NCBI GenBank assembly: GCA_963762565.1
Contig: CAVXLD010000005.1
Span: forward strand, 96,001 to 160,000
Source: an uncultured Verrucomicrobiae bacterium
GTDB taxonomy: Bacteria; Verrucomicrobiota; Verrucomicrobiia; Chthoniobacterales; JAFAMB01
Reading direction: 5' to 3'
DNA length: 64,000 nt
This document shows, piece by piece, positions 36,497-46,222 of this stretch (position 1 is its first letter; each line of letters opens with the position of its first letter). Under the pieces are notes generated by a model. The model had not been told where the DNA came from and ran no database searches. It saw only the letters and a program-made list of their open reading frames with translations. A program made the translations under genes and the position numbers.

Positions 36497-38329
36497 GTGT
36501 CGACGTCCTTGGCTGGATTCGCTAAGAGACTGGTCCCCAGGATGCTTTGCCTGAAATCTCAGCTAACTGGGGTCTGGTTCGCCGGCGTTTTGGTCTTTTT
36601 TTCTGCCGGGTTCGAGGCCGTAACTTATGCGGGAAGCCCGCTTGGATCGCGGAATACCATCACGGCGGATCCGCCGGTTAGCCGGCCTCCGGCTAAGTAT
36701 GGCGCCCCTACTAAAGTGACGTTGTTCACTAATGCCGAATTCAACAGTTTTAGTCCGTTTGATTTTAATTATAGTGCGCCGGCGTTCACTCCTCCGGCGG
36801 CGCCCAATAGTCCTGGGCCCTGGGCCAAGGTCATTCTGGTTTGCGATCTCTCGGTGACCCCAGGGGTGCAGTTTGATCGGACGGCTCAAATGACCATTGG
36901 CAATACGATCGTCTTTTTCGGCACCACGTGCGAACCGCAGCAGAAGCTCGGGCCTTCCTGGCACGTTGAACGAGATTTGACGGAGTACAGTAAGCTGCTG
37001 ATGACGGCGACCTCAGGTGAGATGAATATCGGGAACATTGTTAATTCGCAGTATACCGGGGTGATCTACGCTTCGGCTTATCTTTTGTTCTATCCTTATA
37101 CCCAAGGGAGCGGAGAGGCAGCGCCCGTCGTAGCGGATCTGATCTATCCTCTGCCTGGTACTCCGAACGGACTTTCTCAAATAGGATTACCGAACGGCCC
37201 CAGCGCCTTGTCGGCTGCAGTCACGGTTCCGCAACAGATGCAAGGTATTCCAACTTCGGTAGCCCGGGCTTACCTGGATGTGTTTCCGCAGGGGCAATTC
37301 GACGACGAGTTCTGGTATAGCAATGTTCCGGATGATCTGGCTCAAGAATTGGGCCAAAATCCCGGTACCGCTTTTCGAGAGACCGAAGTGACGATTGATG
37401 GTCAAGTGGCCGGATTTGCTCCGGTTTTCCCCTGGATTTTTACGGGCGGCGCCGATTTTTTTCTTTGGGAACCGATCCCGGGCGTTCAAACCCTCAATTT
37501 CGCTCCTTACCGGGTGGATCTTTCACCCTACGCAGCCTTGTTGAGCGACGGGAATGCGCACACGATTTCGATCAACGTTTATAACGCGGACAATTATTTT
37601 CAGATAACGGCGAACCTCTTCGTCTACCTGGCCTACAACTCAAGCGGGGTTACTGGCGGAGTAACCGTGACGGGCGATTCCGAGCCGCCACTGACGATCA
37701 AAGCAAATTTGCATCAGGTTAAAGGTAATCCGAACGGCACTATCTCAACCACGTCGCTGCGTCATTTAACAATAGAAGGTTACGTCGTCACGGGGTCGAC
37801 TAAATTGGTTAGTAAGGTCGAGCAGGATGCGACCTTTACCAACAATCAAAAATTCACCATTTCGGCGACCCAATATTTTCAGGATATTAGTCAAAGCACG
37901 ACGTTAACCACCAAGAGTACTTATCAGGTTATCGACGCTAAGACTGGAGCGGTGCTATCGACCCTGCAGAATACGAAAGAGCTTTCTTATCCGTTTACTG
38001 CTGATTTTGATGAGACCTTAGAATCGGCCAGTACGCTTCAGCTAGTAACCCACATTAGTCAGAACTATCTCATTAACCAGCAAGGCGACTGGGCACCTGA
38101 GATTGGGTTGCCGGTGAAAGTGAATCAGTTTAGCAGCCAATTGGCGAACGTCGTACAGGCTCACGATACAGCGTTCATAGATTTAAGTTTGAGTGCAATC
38201 ACCGGCCACAAAGATCAAGGGAGTTCGCAGGTGTATTCGTTCGATGACAATAATCCGGCCGATAACTATCGGCATGAGATCAAAGCGGTGAATAACGTTG
38301 TTACGTATGACTATGAGGAAGGGCACTGA
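36497..38329 (+). CDS. peptide-N4-(N-acetyl-beta-glucosaminyl)asparagine amidase A-like (PNGase A/H+ type); start may be 36542
   Basis: GVQFDRT, FGTTCEP, WHVERDLTEY, DEFWYSN, FRETEVTIDG..AG.APVFPWIFTGG. Confidence 0.82.
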   Translation: MSTSLAGFAKRLVPRMLCLKSQLTGVWFAGVLVFFSAGFEAVTYAGSPLGSRNTITADPPVSRPPAKYGAPTKVTLFTNAEFNSFSPFDFNYSAPAFTPPAAPNSPGPWAKVILVCDLSVTPGVQFDRTAQMTIGNTIVFFGTTCEPQQKLGPSWHVERDLTEYSKLLMTATSGEMNIGNIVNSQYTGVIYASAYLLFYPYTQGSGEAAPVVADLIYPLPGTPNGLSQIGLPNGPSALSAAVTVPQQMQGIPTSVARAYLDVFPQGQFDDEFWYSNVPDDLAQELGQNPGTAFRETEVTIDGQVAGFAPVFPWIFTGGADFFLWEPIPGVQTLNFAPYRVDLSPYAALLSDGNAHTISINVYNADNYFQITANLFVYLAYNSSGVTGGVTVTGDSEPPLTIKANLHQVKGNPNGTISTTSLRHLTIEGYVVTGSTKLVSKVEQDATFTNNQKFTISATQYFQDISQSTTLTTKSTYQVIDAKTGAVLSTLQNTKELSYPFTADFDETLESASTLQLVTHISQNYLINQQGDWAPEIGLPVKVNQFSSQLANVVQAHDTAFIDLSLSAITGHKDQGSSQVYSFDDNNPADNYRHEIKAVNNVVTYDYEEGH

Positions 38330-38430
38330 GGGTTCGCCGAATAGCAAATAGCAAATGGGGGGTGGCGGCCAAAGTAACGCCGACAACGCCGGGGAGCTCC
38401 GTGACTGCGGGGTGACGTCTGCTGCGGCTA

Positions 38431-38724
38431 CTAGTGTGCTGCCCCATAAATAGCATGGCTTTCGTTGCGATCAAAATGGGCCGCCGGCAAGGCGGTCCGA
38501 GCCGGACTGGCGGTAGAGGGCGCATATCTAGATTGATACGTAACCGACGAGCAACGCAGCCGCCGGCCCATTTTCATCGCAACCCTCCGGGCCGTGGCCA
38601 GTCGGCTGTTTTTCCGCGTTGCTCGCTCGACCCGTATGAACCAAATATGGGCGCTTCGCTCGCGCCTTGAAAAACAGCCAACTGGCCGACGGCGAAAGCC
38701 ATGTTATTTATGGGACAGCACTAG
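38431..38724. mobile_element. MITE-like element with ~28-bp TIRs and CTAG at both ends
   Basis: ctagtg(tg)ctgccccataaatagcatggctttcg ... cgaaagccatgttatttatgggacagcactag; inner inverted pair caaggcg..gagcaacgc / gcgttgctc..cgccttg. Confidence 0.8.
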
Positions 38725-38792
38725 TGTCTCTACGAGCGATTTATGGTTAGCCTGCGGTGGTGCGGATCTGATAGGCTGGGTGCGATTGAGCC

Positions 38793-40289
38793 ATGAGCGA
38801 TGAGCCTTCCCCGGTGCCGTTAGCTAATCCTTTACTTGCTCTTTTGTTTCGTGGCTATGAGCCGGCGCCGCCCAGGTTTATCGCCCAGCAAACGTATTAC
38901 CCGTGGCTGGTGGTGGGTCTTACCTGCGTTAGCGCGTTTATCGGACAGCTTGATGCCTCTATTGTCCAGCTTGCGCTTCCGACTCTGGAGCGCGAATTCG
39001 ATGCGCCATTAGGATCTGTCAGCTGGGTTGCGGTGGCGTATCTGGTCGCTTTTGCGGCGATTCTACCCACGTTTGGCCGGCTCGCGGAGATTGTCGGCCG
39101 AAAGTTGCTCTATGTTGCCGGGTTTGTTCTGTTCACGGTTGCTTCGCTGTTATGCGGCTTGGCCTCTAGCCTGGCAATGCTAATCCTGTTTCGTGCAATT
39201 CAAGGGATTGGTGGAGCGTTACTGGGTGCGAACAGTATCGCAGTTCTGGTGAAAGCGGCAGGTCCGGACCGGCGTAGTCGAGCTATGGGCATCTTCGCGG
39301 GTGCTCAAGCGGTCGGTGTCAGCCTTGGTCCTGCTGTCGGTGGGGTGTTGCTGGATACGCTCGGCTGGCGTTGGGTTTTCTGGGTTAACGTCCCGATCGG
39401 AGTGGCGGCAGCGATGGTTGGGCTGCTGGTTTTACCGCAGACAACCGGTCTCGATGGAAAGAGAAAGTTTGACTTGCCAGGTGCACTTTTGTTGACCCCA
39501 GCGTTGATCGGTTTAGCGATTGGGCTAACCGAGGTCCATTCCTGGGGTATCTTTTCGCCCGCCATCATTCTTTGCTTAATGGTCAGTGCGGTCTTGTTGC
39601 CGGTCTTCGTCTGGCATGAAAACAAAACGAAGGCGCCGCTGCTTGACCCTGCTCTCTTCCAGTTTCCGGGGTTTCGTTACGGCGCCCTCGCTGTCTTTCT
39701 GTCCTATGCCTTGCTCTACGGCATATTTTTGCTCATGTCGTTTGCGTTGGTGCGAGGATATCGCGAATCGGCAGTGGTAGCAGGGCTGCGCCTAGCAATT
39801 ATCCCGATCGCGCTGGGTCTGGTCGCTCCGATCAGCGGTGCTTTGAATGAACGGTTAGGGTCGCGGATTTTGACTGCACTCGGGATGGTTGTCTGTCTGG
39901 TATCGTTGATTTTGCTTGATGGGTTTCTGCGGCAAACGACAGGTGGTCTTTCGATGGTAATGGTCGCTTTGGCACTGTTCGGGGCTGGTCTCGGATTATT
40001 TATTGCTCCTAATAACGATGCGACCGTGCACTCGGTACCAACGGAACGGTCTGGTCAAGCAGGTGCATTGATTAATCTGATGCGGATTCTAGGTACGGCG
40101 ACAGGTGTATCGGCCTGCTCCACGGTTTTCACTTGGCGGTTGGACCAGCTTGGCTTTGCCGGAGGCCGGACCACCTTGGCACCTGCTCCTGTGATGGTCG
40201 CTGCGGCGAGCGATGGGTTGCTTTTGCTGATCGCCTTTGCGGTGTTGGCTGGTGTCGCGGCGAGCGCTTCGCGCAGAACGAAGAAATAG
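38793..40289 (+). CDS. MFS DHA2 (14-TM) efflux transporter
   Basis: LDASIVQLALPTL; GRLAEIVGRK; WRWVFWVNVPIG. Confidence 0.92.
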   Translation: MSDEPSPVPLANPLLALLFRGYEPAPPRFIAQQTYYPWLVVGLTCVSAFIGQLDASIVQLALPTLEREFDAPLGSVSWVAVAYLVAFAAILPTFGRLAEIVGRKLLYVAGFVLFTVASLLCGLASSLAMLILFRAIQGIGGALLGANSIAVLVKAAGPDRRSRAMGIFAGAQAVGVSLGPAVGGVLLDTLGWRWVFWVNVPIGVAAAMVGLLVLPQTTGLDGKRKFDLPGALLLTPALIGLAIGLTEVHSWGIFSPAIILCLMVSAVLLPVFVWHENKTKAPLLDPALFQFPGFRYGALAVFLSYALLYGIFLLMSFALVRGYRESAVVAGLRLAIIPIALGLVAPISGALNERLGSRILTALGMVVCLVSLILLDGFLRQTTGGLSMVMVALALFGAGLGLFIAPNNDATVHSVPTERSGQAGALINLMRILGTATGVSACSTVFTWRLDQLGFAGGRTTLAPAPVMVAAASDGLLLLIAFAVLAGVAASASRRTKK

Positions 40290-40483
40290 GAGTTCAGGGT
40301 GAGGACGATCCAGAAATTGCAATCACAAAGGCTCTGTGAACCGAGAATGTGAAGCAACTGAGTGCCCACGTTAGCAGGCTCCCGAACTCCTGAACTCCCC
40401 GACTTCGCCAAGCCTAAGTCGCGGCAGGCCTTGAACTCCTGAACTTCTTTGTGTGATCGGCGCTTTGAGCTACACTCAGCGCC

Positions 40484-41002
40484 ATGAGAGCTTTTTTGGC
40501 AGGGTTAGTGATCGGCATCATTCTCGTGCCGGCGGCGTTGTATCTCTATTTTTGGCTGGGGTATGCCCCGGTTTCGACGAAAGCGGCCCCGCTTCCTTTT
40601 GAACGTAAAATGGCGGGGATGGCGCTCGAAAAGCGCATCGAGAAAGAGGCGCCGAAGGAGTCGCCGGTGCAACCGACGGAACAGAATCTCTTAGCCGGCG
40701 CGAAGGTCTATATCGAGAACTGCGCAGTTTGTCACGGGACCGCTACGGAACCGGAGAGCGCCATTGCTAAAGGGATGTTCCCTGAACCGCCTCCGTTGCT
40801 TCATGGTAAAGGCGTGACCGACGATCCGGCGGGTGAAACGTTTTGGAAGGTTGCGAACGGAATCCGATTGAGCGGTATGCCCGGGTTTACCGGTTCCCTG
40901 ACAGATGAGCAAATGTGGCAGGTGAGCCAACTGTTGGCCAACGCCGATAAATTGCCGCAGAGCGCTAAAGACGCGCTCGCGCAACCTGGGAATGCTCAAT
41001 AG
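40484..41002 (+). CDS. membrane-anchored cytochrome c
   Basis: CAVCHG; GIRLSGMPGF. Confidence 0.9.
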   Translation: MRAFLAGLVIGIILVPAALYLYFWLGYAPVSTKAAPLPFERKMAGMALEKRIEKEAPKESPVQPTEQNLLAGAKVYIENCAVCHGTATEPESAIAKGMFPEPPPLLHGKGVTDDPAGETFWKVANGIRLSGMPGFTGSLTDEQMWQVSQLLANADKLPQSAKDALAQPGNAQ

Positions 41003-41226
41003 CCGCGAAAGAAATCTCACACAAAGGCTCGAAGCCACGAAGGGAAGACATTAATAGCCGCAAAAACCTGTCGCGCCGTAGGCTTGGCGGAGGCGGAAGG
41101 CACAAAAAGCGCAAAAAAATTTGATTGCCACACGCACAAGCGCGGCTGCGCTTTTCACCTTTCACTTTTTACATCTCACCTTTCACAGTCTTAACCTTTG
41201 TGGCTTTGTGTGAGATTTTATTCGCG

Positions 41227-41982
41227 TTAATCGTGTCCATTCGCGGTTTTTTTTGCATAGACAATGGCTCCGCCCATATGGCCCGATTTTATGGTCTCAT
41301 GCATAAGGTCGTAGAAGTTTGAGGCGTACTCCCAGGTCTCAATACCGCATTCTTCGATCAGTTTAGGGCGCAGCTCGCGGATGCGATCGGAGAACGTTTT
41401 GTACCAACGAATATATTCGGGGGTGACATCCTGGATCGTTTCGAGGGTCCAGCCAGTGTCACTAAGTAAAGAGTTAATCGTAGATAGAATCAGGGGATGC
41501 CAATTAAGTAATTCTACATGTTTACCCAGGGTTGAAACATTAAAGGTCCCCGGGTCCGTGTATTCGAAAATCGCTAGACGCGCACCGGGTCTACCGTTGT
41601 GGGCAAAAGCGCGGAGTGCAGCCGGTTGATCGGAGAACGCGTAAAAGGAATTGAAACAGCAAATGACGTCGAATGTTCCGGAACCGATGCGTTCAGCTTG
41701 TTCCACCGGGCAAACATCAAAAGTGATTTCAGGATAGACCTGGCGAGCTCGGTCAATCGACTCGCCTTCGATATCGATGCCAGTGACTTTTCCCCAACCT
41801 GCCCGCTGAATATAAGCGGCAGTTCCGCCGCGTCCGCAGCCCGCGTCAAGCACCTGCTGGACCGGATTTTTTGTTAACGGACACCAAACGAGATCGATTG
41901 ATTCCGTTTCGCCAGCGTGGGCATAGTCACCGCCCCGGGCCATCGCTAGGAGGCGTTTTCCTTGGAAAGAATTGAGACGCAT
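41227..41982 (-). CDS. class I SAM-dependent methyltransferase
   Basis: VLDAGCGRGG; VTGID. Confidence 0.88.
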   Translation of the reverse strand: MRLNSFQGKRLLAMARGGDYAHAGETESIDLVWCPLTKNPVQQVLDAGCGRGGTAAYIQRAGWGKVTGIDIEGESIDRARQVYPEITFDVCPVEQAERIGSGTFDVICCFNSFYAFSDQPAALRAFAHNGRPGARLAIFEYTDPGTFNVSTLGKHVELLNWHPLILSTINSLLSDTGWTLETIQDVTPEYIRWYKTFSDRIRELRPKLIEECGIETWEYASNFYDLMHETIKSGHMGGAIVYAKKTANGHD

Positions 41983-42157
41983 GGGGGAGGGGCGCTTCGC
42001 GCGTGAGAGGTGAAAGGTGAAAGGTGATTGGTGATTGGTGGGGGTAAACGGCAGGGTAGCAGATGCGTGAGGGGGTGGGAAGAGTGGGCGAGGTGGAGGG
42101 AGTTGAGGTTGGTGGGCAGATGTGGTTGGTGGTGTCTTTGCTGCTTTGGGTGAGATT

Positions 42158-42886
42158 TTATTCTTTAACGGCGGCGATTACTAGGAAGGGTGGGCGGCGG
42201 GATTGGTCTTGGGTATCGGGGTCCTTTGTGTCGGGGGCGGGTTTGGGTTCTTCTAGTCTTTTTAGCAGGAAACCGGAGTTGATTACGGTGTTAACGTAGG
42301 TGGCGATGGTTCGGTGGTATTTGATGACGTTCTCTGTTAACCAGTTCGTTTGGCGGCGGCCTTCTTCTTGGTAATTGTCAACGGGCCAATGTAGCCGTTC
42401 GCCTTTCGGTCCGTGATGCCAGGATTGGGCTGGGAGGGCGGTGAAGATTGGGTGCTCGACTGAGAATAGGAAGGTGCCGTTTGGGGTCATGCAATGATGA
42501 ACTTTTCGGCAGACCAGGTCGAAGGCTTCGACGTAATGGAGGGCGAGCGAGCTGATGACGACGTCGAATTGGTTAGAGGAAAAATCGATGTCTTCGATTG
42601 CGCATCGGTGATATCCGATGTCGGGGTTGTGGCTCGTTGCGCGGGCGCGTTCTAGCATTTTTTCGGATAGATCGATGCCGATTACCGTGCGGGCGCCGTG
42701 CTCTTGGGCGTAACGGCAGTGCCAACCGAAGCCGCATCCCAGATCGAGTACCCGTCTGTCGAGGAGATCAGGTAGAAGTGCCCGGAAAGTGTTCCATTCG
42801 AGACCAGCAGCCAGGCCGTGGATGGACCGAGGCATCTGGCTGTATTCCGCGAAGAACTCGGGGTCGTCGTATTTGTTTTGCTTCAA
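42158..42886 (-). CDS. class I SAM-dependent methyltransferase
   Basis: VLDLGCGFG; SSLALHY; FSVEHP. Confidence 0.9.
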   Translation of the reverse strand: MKQNKYDDPEFFAEYSQMPRSIHGLAAGLEWNTFRALLPDLLDRRVLDLGCGFGWHCRYAQEHGARTVIGIDLSEKMLERARATSHNPDIGYHRCAIEDIDFSSNQFDVVISSLALHYVEAFDLVCRKVHHCMTPNGTFLFSVEHPIFTALPAQSWHHGPKGERLHWPVDNYQEEGRRQTNWLTENVIKYHRTIATYVNTVINSGFLLKRLEEPKPAPDTKDPDTQDQSRRPPFLVIAAVKE

Positions 42887-43074
42887 GTGGGAAGAAGAGA
42901 ATAGCCGCGAAAAGGCACCAAAAACGCACCAAAAATCGCGACACGCAAATGGCTGCGCTTTTTACCTTTCACTTTTCACCTATCACCTTTCACCGTCTTC
43001 ACTTTGTGGCCTTCGTGATCTTCTGTGTGATTTGTTCTGTTTGGTTTTCCCTTTCCCGGCCACTTTTTCTTTAG

Positions 43075-43815
43075 TTAATGGCCGGCCGTGGTTAGGGCGC
43101 CGTCGACGGTGATTGAGGTTCCGGATATGAAGGAGGCGGCGTCGGAAGCCAGGAAGAGTGCGACTTCAGCGACTTCGTTTGGGGTGCCGATTCGGCCTAA
43201 GGGATGAAATTTTAATACTTCTTCCTTAGTCACGATCCCGGTGGCGAACCAGCGTTGCAGCAAGGCAGTTTCGATGTAGCCGGGGCAGATCGCATTTACG
43301 CGGACGCCGTCTCTGCCGTGGTCGAGCGCCATGGCTCGGGTTAATCCAATGAGAGCGGATTTGCTGGCGTCGTAGGCCGGGCATTTCGGCCAGGATACAA
43401 AAGCGTGTACGGAAGAGATGTTAATTATGGACCCGTTGCGGCCTCGCATGGGCGGGATGGCGTATTTGGAACAAAGAAAGACGCCTCGAAGGTTCACGGC
43501 TAACTGACGGTCCCATTGTTCGGCCGTCAAATCGACGATGGTGCCGTTAATCTCGATCCCGGCGTTGTTAATCAAAACGTCGAGCGAACCTAATTCCGTC
43601 AGCGTGCGTTGCACGGCCGTTTTCACTTGTTCTTCGTCGGCCACGTCGCCTGCGAGCACGAGTTTCCGCGGTTCACAATTAATCCGCGAAGCGGTCGCGG
43701 CGGTTGCTTCGCCATCGATATCAAACAGCGCGACCTGGTAACCCGCTTTCAAGAAACGTTGGGCGATTGCTGCTCCGATACCCGAAGCTGCGCCGGTAAC
43801 TAATGCAGTTTTCAT
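43075..43815 (-). CDS. SDR family oxidoreductase
   Basis: TGAASGIG; NNAG; YDASK. Confidence 0.92.
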   Translation of the reverse strand: MKTALVTGAASGIGAAIAQRFLKAGYQVALFDIDGEATAATASRINCEPRKLVLAGDVADEEQVKTAVQRTLTELGSLDVLINNAGIEINGTIVDLTAEQWDRQLAVNLRGVFLCSKYAIPPMRGRNGSIINISSVHAFVSWPKCPAYDASKSALIGLTRAMALDHGRDGVRVNAICPGYIETALLQRWFATGIVTKEEVLKFHPLGRIGTPNEVAEVALFLASDAASFISGTSITVDGALTTAGH

Positions 43816-44045
43816 TCAGAGTTCGAGGAGATGGTAGGGCGAGGCTCCCGAAAGAGCGCTCGACGGTCGCAGGGTCGAATGATGCCTCGTCGGTATATTA
43901 GGTGCAACTTCTAAGCGCTGCCGAGCCGTGGGTTACGCAGGGCCCCGGCTCGGCAGCGTTAAGGTGTTGCATCCCATATTTTGGCGAAACACAATCTGGC
44001 TCTGCGACTTCTTTCCGACCATTCTGGAGCCTCGCCCTACCAACG

Positions 44046-44996
44046 CTAGTCCCGAAGCCGCGCGGATCGGCCGTAGATGAGGAGCATAACCAGCAAGACG
44101 CCACCGTAGATGATCTGCCGGCCGGCTTCAGGCATTTGCAGGACTGAAAGCATGCTTTGGAGTAGCACGATTAACAGGACTCCGATTACGGTGCCGATAT
44201 AGCGGCCGCTGCCACCAAGGACGTTGGTTCCGCCAAGGACGATGGCCGCAATGGCGGGTAACAGATAGGCGTCACCCATCCCTTGATAGGCTTTGGTAGA
44301 ATAACCGGTTAACATGATCCCGCCGAGCGCGGCGGTGACGCCGCTGGTGACGAACGCGCCAATAATCACTAGCCGGGTCGGTACTCCCGAGAGATAAGCA
44401 GCGCGTTCCCGGTTACCAACGGAATAAAGGTAACGTCCGAATTGAGTGGCACGCAGGAGAAAGATTAAGATGGCAGATACTGCGATCCAGACAAACAAGG
44501 CGTTGGGGATGCCGAAGGTGTGATTGACCGCTAACGTCGCCATTAATTGGGTGGCATGACTGGCTGGGGCGGCGCCGCCGGTGTATAAAACTACCAAGCC
44601 TTGTAACACGGCGTTCATTCCCAGGGTAAAAATCATCGAGGGGACTCGTAACCAGGCAACGCCAACCCCGTTTATGAGGCCGACTAACGCCCCGCAGCCG
44701 AGTCCGACCGGGAACACCAGTAGTCCGGCGGTATTTTGAACCTGAGCGACGGCGGTGCCCATCATTGCTGCCATGGTGATCGTCCAGGGGATAGAAAGAT
44801 CGATGTGACCGAGCAGGATCACTAGCATTGAACCGCCGGCGATGATGCCGAGGAATGAGGCAACTTGTAACTGTTGTAATAGGTAATTCGGTGAAACAAA
44901 ATTTCGGTTAATGGTGGCTCCGATTGCCAGGATCACCAGGATGCAAGCGCTGGCCGCAATGATCGGTTGGTTTTCTTTAGTGAAGATCCGGTTCAC
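44046..44996 (-). CDS. monosaccharide ABC transporter permease
   Basis: GHIDLSI; FGRYLYSVGN; IAAIVLGGT; GTGA overlap with the upstream permease. Confidence 0.9.
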   Translation of the reverse strand: MNRIFTKENQPIIAASACILVILAIGATINRNFVSPNYLLQQLQVASFLGIIAGGSMLVILLGHIDLSIPWTITMAAMMGTAVAQVQNTAGLLVFPVGLGCGALVGLINGVGVAWLRVPSMIFTLGMNAVLQGLVVLYTGGAAPASHATQLMATLAVNHTFGIPNALFVWIAVSAILIFLLRATQFGRYLYSVGNRERAAYLSGVPTRLVIIGAFVTSGVTAALGGIMLTGYSTKAYQGMGDAYLLPAIAAIVLGGTNVLGGSGRYIGTVIGVLLIVLLQSMLSVLQMPEAGRQIIYGGVLLVMLLIYGRSARLRD

Positions 44997-46222
44997 AGGA
45001 AGACGTCCATTTGGTTTTTGCGGCGAAGAACCCGGACTGCACCTAAACAAACTGCGGCGAGCAGGATGAGACCTTGAAACAAGGGTTGCCAAAGGGCGGG
45101 AGCGTTAAACACGAAGAGAAGATCGCTAATGATGCGCAGAACGAGAGCACCACAGATCGAGCCGATGAAACCGCCTGAGCCGCCGAATAACGAAGTACCA
45201 CCGATGGCAACGGCAGCGATCGAATTCAGTGTGTAAAAGCCGCCTTGGCTGGAGCTGGCTTCACCGGAGAGCGAGATCAGCGATAGTAAGAGACCGCCGC
45301 ACGCAGCTAATAAACCGGCTAAAGCATAGGCAGCGAACCGGGCGCGTCCGATCGCCAGGCCTGACATATAGGCAGCGCGTTCTGAGGATCCTACGGCGTA
45401 GCAGTTCCGGCCAACAGCGAGGTTACGGAACGGCCACCAGACGAAGAGAATGGTTCCGACTAACAAAAGGAAGGTCGAGGGGATCCCGAAAACATCATAG
45501 GTTAGTGCATTGCTGAAATCTTCGTTCACCTCGCCGCCTGGAGTGGGACGTAACAAAAGCGCGATCCCAAAGTAGATGGCGCCGGTGGCTAGAGTGGCGA
45601 TGATCGGTTGGATCCGGCCGATCACAACGATGGTCGCGTTGATCATACCGGCTAAGAGGCCGCTGGCCAAAATGGCGAGAGTAGCGAGCGCCGTTTGACC
45701 GGGTGACCCGTTCAGGATCACTGAAGCAAGACAGGAGGTCATCGTCATCACCATCCCGACGGATAAATCGAACCCGCCGGTCAGGATGACCAACGTTTGC
45801 GCCATGGCGACGTAGGCTAAGACGACGCCTTTGTTAGAGACCGAAGTTAAGACATTGGTGGATAGGCCGTTTGCCTGTTGGGAAGCGAACAGGATGAACA
45901 TCACGGCGAACACAAAGAAACTGAGCAGCGGGCCGGCGTTCCGTTTCCAAAACCGGGACCACGAATGGACGCCTTCGCCAGCTACGGCGCGACAGGCTAC
46001 GAATGGGCGGGAATGACTCTGCGGCGGAGGTTGTTGGCGGAGCGGTTTCGGTTGTGTGAGCGGGGGCGGTCGGTGGTTCCGACCGAGTCGGCCTCGCAAG
46101 CGAGGCGCGCTCCACGGGTGGCGACCCCTCCGGCCTCGCAAGCGAGGCGCGCTCCACGGGTGGCGACCCCTCCGGCCTCGCAAGCGAGGCGCGCTCCACG
46201 GGTGGCGACCCCTCGTGGTCAT
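44993..46222 (-). CDS. monosaccharide ABC transporter permease with repeat-derived N-terminus
   Basis: TGGFDLSVG; AVGSSERAAYMSG; IAAVAIGGTSL.GG.G. Confidence 0.88.
   Translation of the reverse strand: MTTRGRHPWSAPRLRGRRGRHPWSAPRLRGRRGRHPWSAPRLRGRLGRNHRPPPLTQPKPLRQQPPPQSHSRPFVACRAVAGEGVHSWSRFWKRNAGPLLSFFVFAVMFILFASQQANGLSTNVLTSVSNKGVVLAYVAMAQTLVILTGGFDLSVGMVMTMTSCLASVILNGSPGQTALATLAILASGLLAGMINATIVVIGRIQPIIATLATGAIYFGIALLLRPTPGGEVNEDFSNALTYDVFGIPSTFLLLVGTILFVWWPFRNLAVGRNCYAVGSSERAAYMSGLAIGRARFAAYALAGLLAACGGLLLSLISLSGEASSSQGGFYTLNSIAAVAIGGTSLFGGSGGFIGSICGALVLRIISDLLFVFNAPALWQPLFQGLILLAAVCLGAVRVLRRKNQMDVFL

Noticed and set aside
46089..46214. CRISPR-like palindromic repeats with regular spacing
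   Set aside because: The intervening 16-bp segments are identical, so this is a tandem 42-mer, and no cas genes are in the window.
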